Assembly: GCA_013265495.1 (NCBI GenBank)
Contig: MU058221.1
Coordinates: 806,001-870,000, forward strand
Direction: 5' to 3'
Source of the DNA: Vicugna vicugna
Taxonomy: Eukaryota
Length of the DNA stretch: 64,000 nt
The translations under genes and the position numbers were made by a program. The notes beneath the pieces were generated by a model. It was not told the origin of the DNA. It saw only the letters and a program-made list of their open reading frames with translations, and did not search any database. Positions 62,120 to 64,000 of this stretch are shown here, one piece after another. Within the stretch, counting starts at the first letter, position 1. The number at the start of each line of letters is the position of its first letter.

Positions 62120-62350
62120 TTTAGGATGTGAGGTCTTGAACTGGAAAAACTGGGTTTGAATCCCTGTCCTAACATTGATTGGTTGTGAGGCTTTATTCAT
62201 GTTGACTATTCAAATACTCAGTTTCTAAATTTTCCTTAAATATTTCCTTAATATTAGGTTATTATGAGAATTAAATGGTACAATGTGCATTTCGGACAAT
62301 GTCTAACATGTATTAAGCTTCCAGTAAATGTTAATTACTTATCACTACTT
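62120..62350 (+). mobile_element. MIR SINE
   Basis: ctgggtttgaatccctg...ctcagtttct...ggttattatgagaattaaatg...cagtaaatgtta. Confidence 0.75.
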
Positions 62351-63689
62351 CTACTGCTACAGTTACGAGTGGAAACACTGCTTCTAATCATATATGGTCC
62401 ATGTAAAAATACTAATGAACAGAAAACAAGAATAATTATAGTTAATGAAACTGAAAGATTACTGAGGACTGCTGTGTTCAAGGAAAAGTTTAAAGGAAAG
62501 ATGGGGTCTGTATTAAGTAACGTCTGTCTTTATCTTTCTCTAACGAAAAGGAAAAGAAGCTGGTATAAGGATAAATTTGGAAGAATATTTCTGGGAAAGC
62601 AACAGTTCTGATAAGACAGCAGATTTGTGAAGGGAAGTAGGTGAAGACGGATCAAGTCGATGTTTAAAGTTAACATGCGTGGCCTTTATCTTGCAGTAAA
62701 CTAAAATTCATCTCTCCTAAATAAATTGCGCACGTTACTCAAATCATAAATGCTACAGTAAAACTATGAAAATTATAATACTCAAGTGGTAAGTATTTTT
62801 ACAAAAATCTACTACCCTCCCAGCTATACTGTCTTTTTTCAATCCTCTAAATGCAATGCCCAGTGTAAAATACAAAGGAGGGAAACATGAAATAAAGAGC
62901 AAGGTGCTTACAGAGGCAGAACATCCCTCTGTTGGGTGATGCGTTTTAAGAGGTCACAGCCACAGTAGGATCTCTGCACGCCAAAAACTGAGCCTGAGAA
63001 ACAGATCAAGAGATAATGGAAAAGGAAATTCTTCAAAAGGGATCAGAGCTGCATGCACTCTAATGACCCATTTGATTTTATAAGTTCCATCAGCAATTCT
63101 AAGGGCACATATCTCAACCTTTTATCCTCAGGGCTTAGCCAAAATTAAGTCAGCTAACAACGTTAACAATGGGCAAGAGAGTGGAATTCTGTTTACTGTG
63201 GCTCTAAAGAGGTTTCCGAAGTAGCTTCACTGGCAAGGAACGGATCCTCTTAGCTTCCTTGGCTTCAGAAACGTTTGTGCAGTGAGATCCTTTCCCCTCA
63301 GTTAACCCGCTCCCCGGCTACCTGGGCAGTGGTCCGAAGGCGATCGTGAGCTTTAAACTAGGAATGGTTTTCTGACAAAACTCAGATCAAATAAGCACTA
63401 TTTACGATAGCTGTAAAATGATCAAGAATAGTACTTTAAGACAGAAAATGGAAATGTGTAAACCGCAGAATTTCTCACTCCATCAGTAATACTAGACGTC
63501 TTTAACTGAAGTAGCCTTTCCTCCTCTTTCTTCTTTTTTTCCAATTTTTAAAATGAAGATCCAGGTTATACTTAAAAGATGTTATGTGGTACAATTTTAG
63601 AAGTTCTGATGTAGAAAGTATATTATTTCTTTCTAAGAGAAAGTATTTTAAGATGTGTTATTGAGCCTAACTCCTCATCAAATTGTCCT

Positions 63690-63729
63690 AAAACAAAACA
63701 AAACAAAACAAAACAAACAAAAATAAAAC
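63690..63729 (+). repeat. (AAAAC)n microsatellite
   Basis: Read directly. Confidence 0.9.
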
Positions 63730-63970
63730 CTGTATTTGAAGGCTAAAAGTCCAAAAGGAGAGAGGATAGTGGTGTCGGAGATGTTAGATCAATAACAGAA
63801 GTGACTGATTTCCTAAATCCTTATGTCTGTTCAATTCTGTATTAGCACGTTTGTATAGTCGATGTTACTACTGCTTAACAAGACGGCTAAATAAATTCTG
63901 TGCATCTAAGTCAGCAAAACAGAGAGACATTTTTTGATCAAACGTTGGTTATTGCTTTCTCTCCTCACAG

Positions 63971-64000
63971 GGTCTCATACAAGTGATGGGTCAATGTGTT
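63971..64000 (+). other. Candidate exon start running off the window, with an ATG in strong Kozak context at 63986
   Basis: Strong acceptor ttgctttctctcctcacag|GGTCTC; GTG-ATG-G gives MGQCV. Only 30 nt are visible. Confidence 0.45.

Noticed and set aside
63986..64000. Assigning DCUN1D3 from the MGQCV start
   Set aside because: Five residues are insufficient, and nothing else in the window supports that gene.

Overview
Mammalian genomic DNA, most likely camelid given the Vic-1-type tRNA-derived SINEs and the L1 3' ends. It is repeat-rich and contains no protein-coding exon that I can name with confidence. A CpG-island promoter at about 12.1-13.3 kb looks bidirectional, with outward-facing splice donors on both strands. 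Candidate minus-strand non-coding exons lie at 389-256 and 129-68. Candidate plus-strand exons lie at 15930-15996, 26997-27090, 56768-56828 and from 63971 to the window end. A second CpG island sits at about 43.0-43.45 kb. Repeats include L1 (two 5'-inverted copies, one internally deleted copy, several short 3' ends), L2, MIR, solo LTRs, Tigger and hAT MITEs, and microsatellites. A 1643-bp segment is present twice on either side of a 497-N gap and is probably an assembly artefact. The most unexpected signal is a heavily decayed but colinear piggyBac-type transposase fossil on the minus strand at about 540-1530. It is invisible in the ORF track and lies in the same orientation as, and just upstream of, the candidate minus-strand exons. 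Repeat family names come from remembered consensus sequences, not from a database search.
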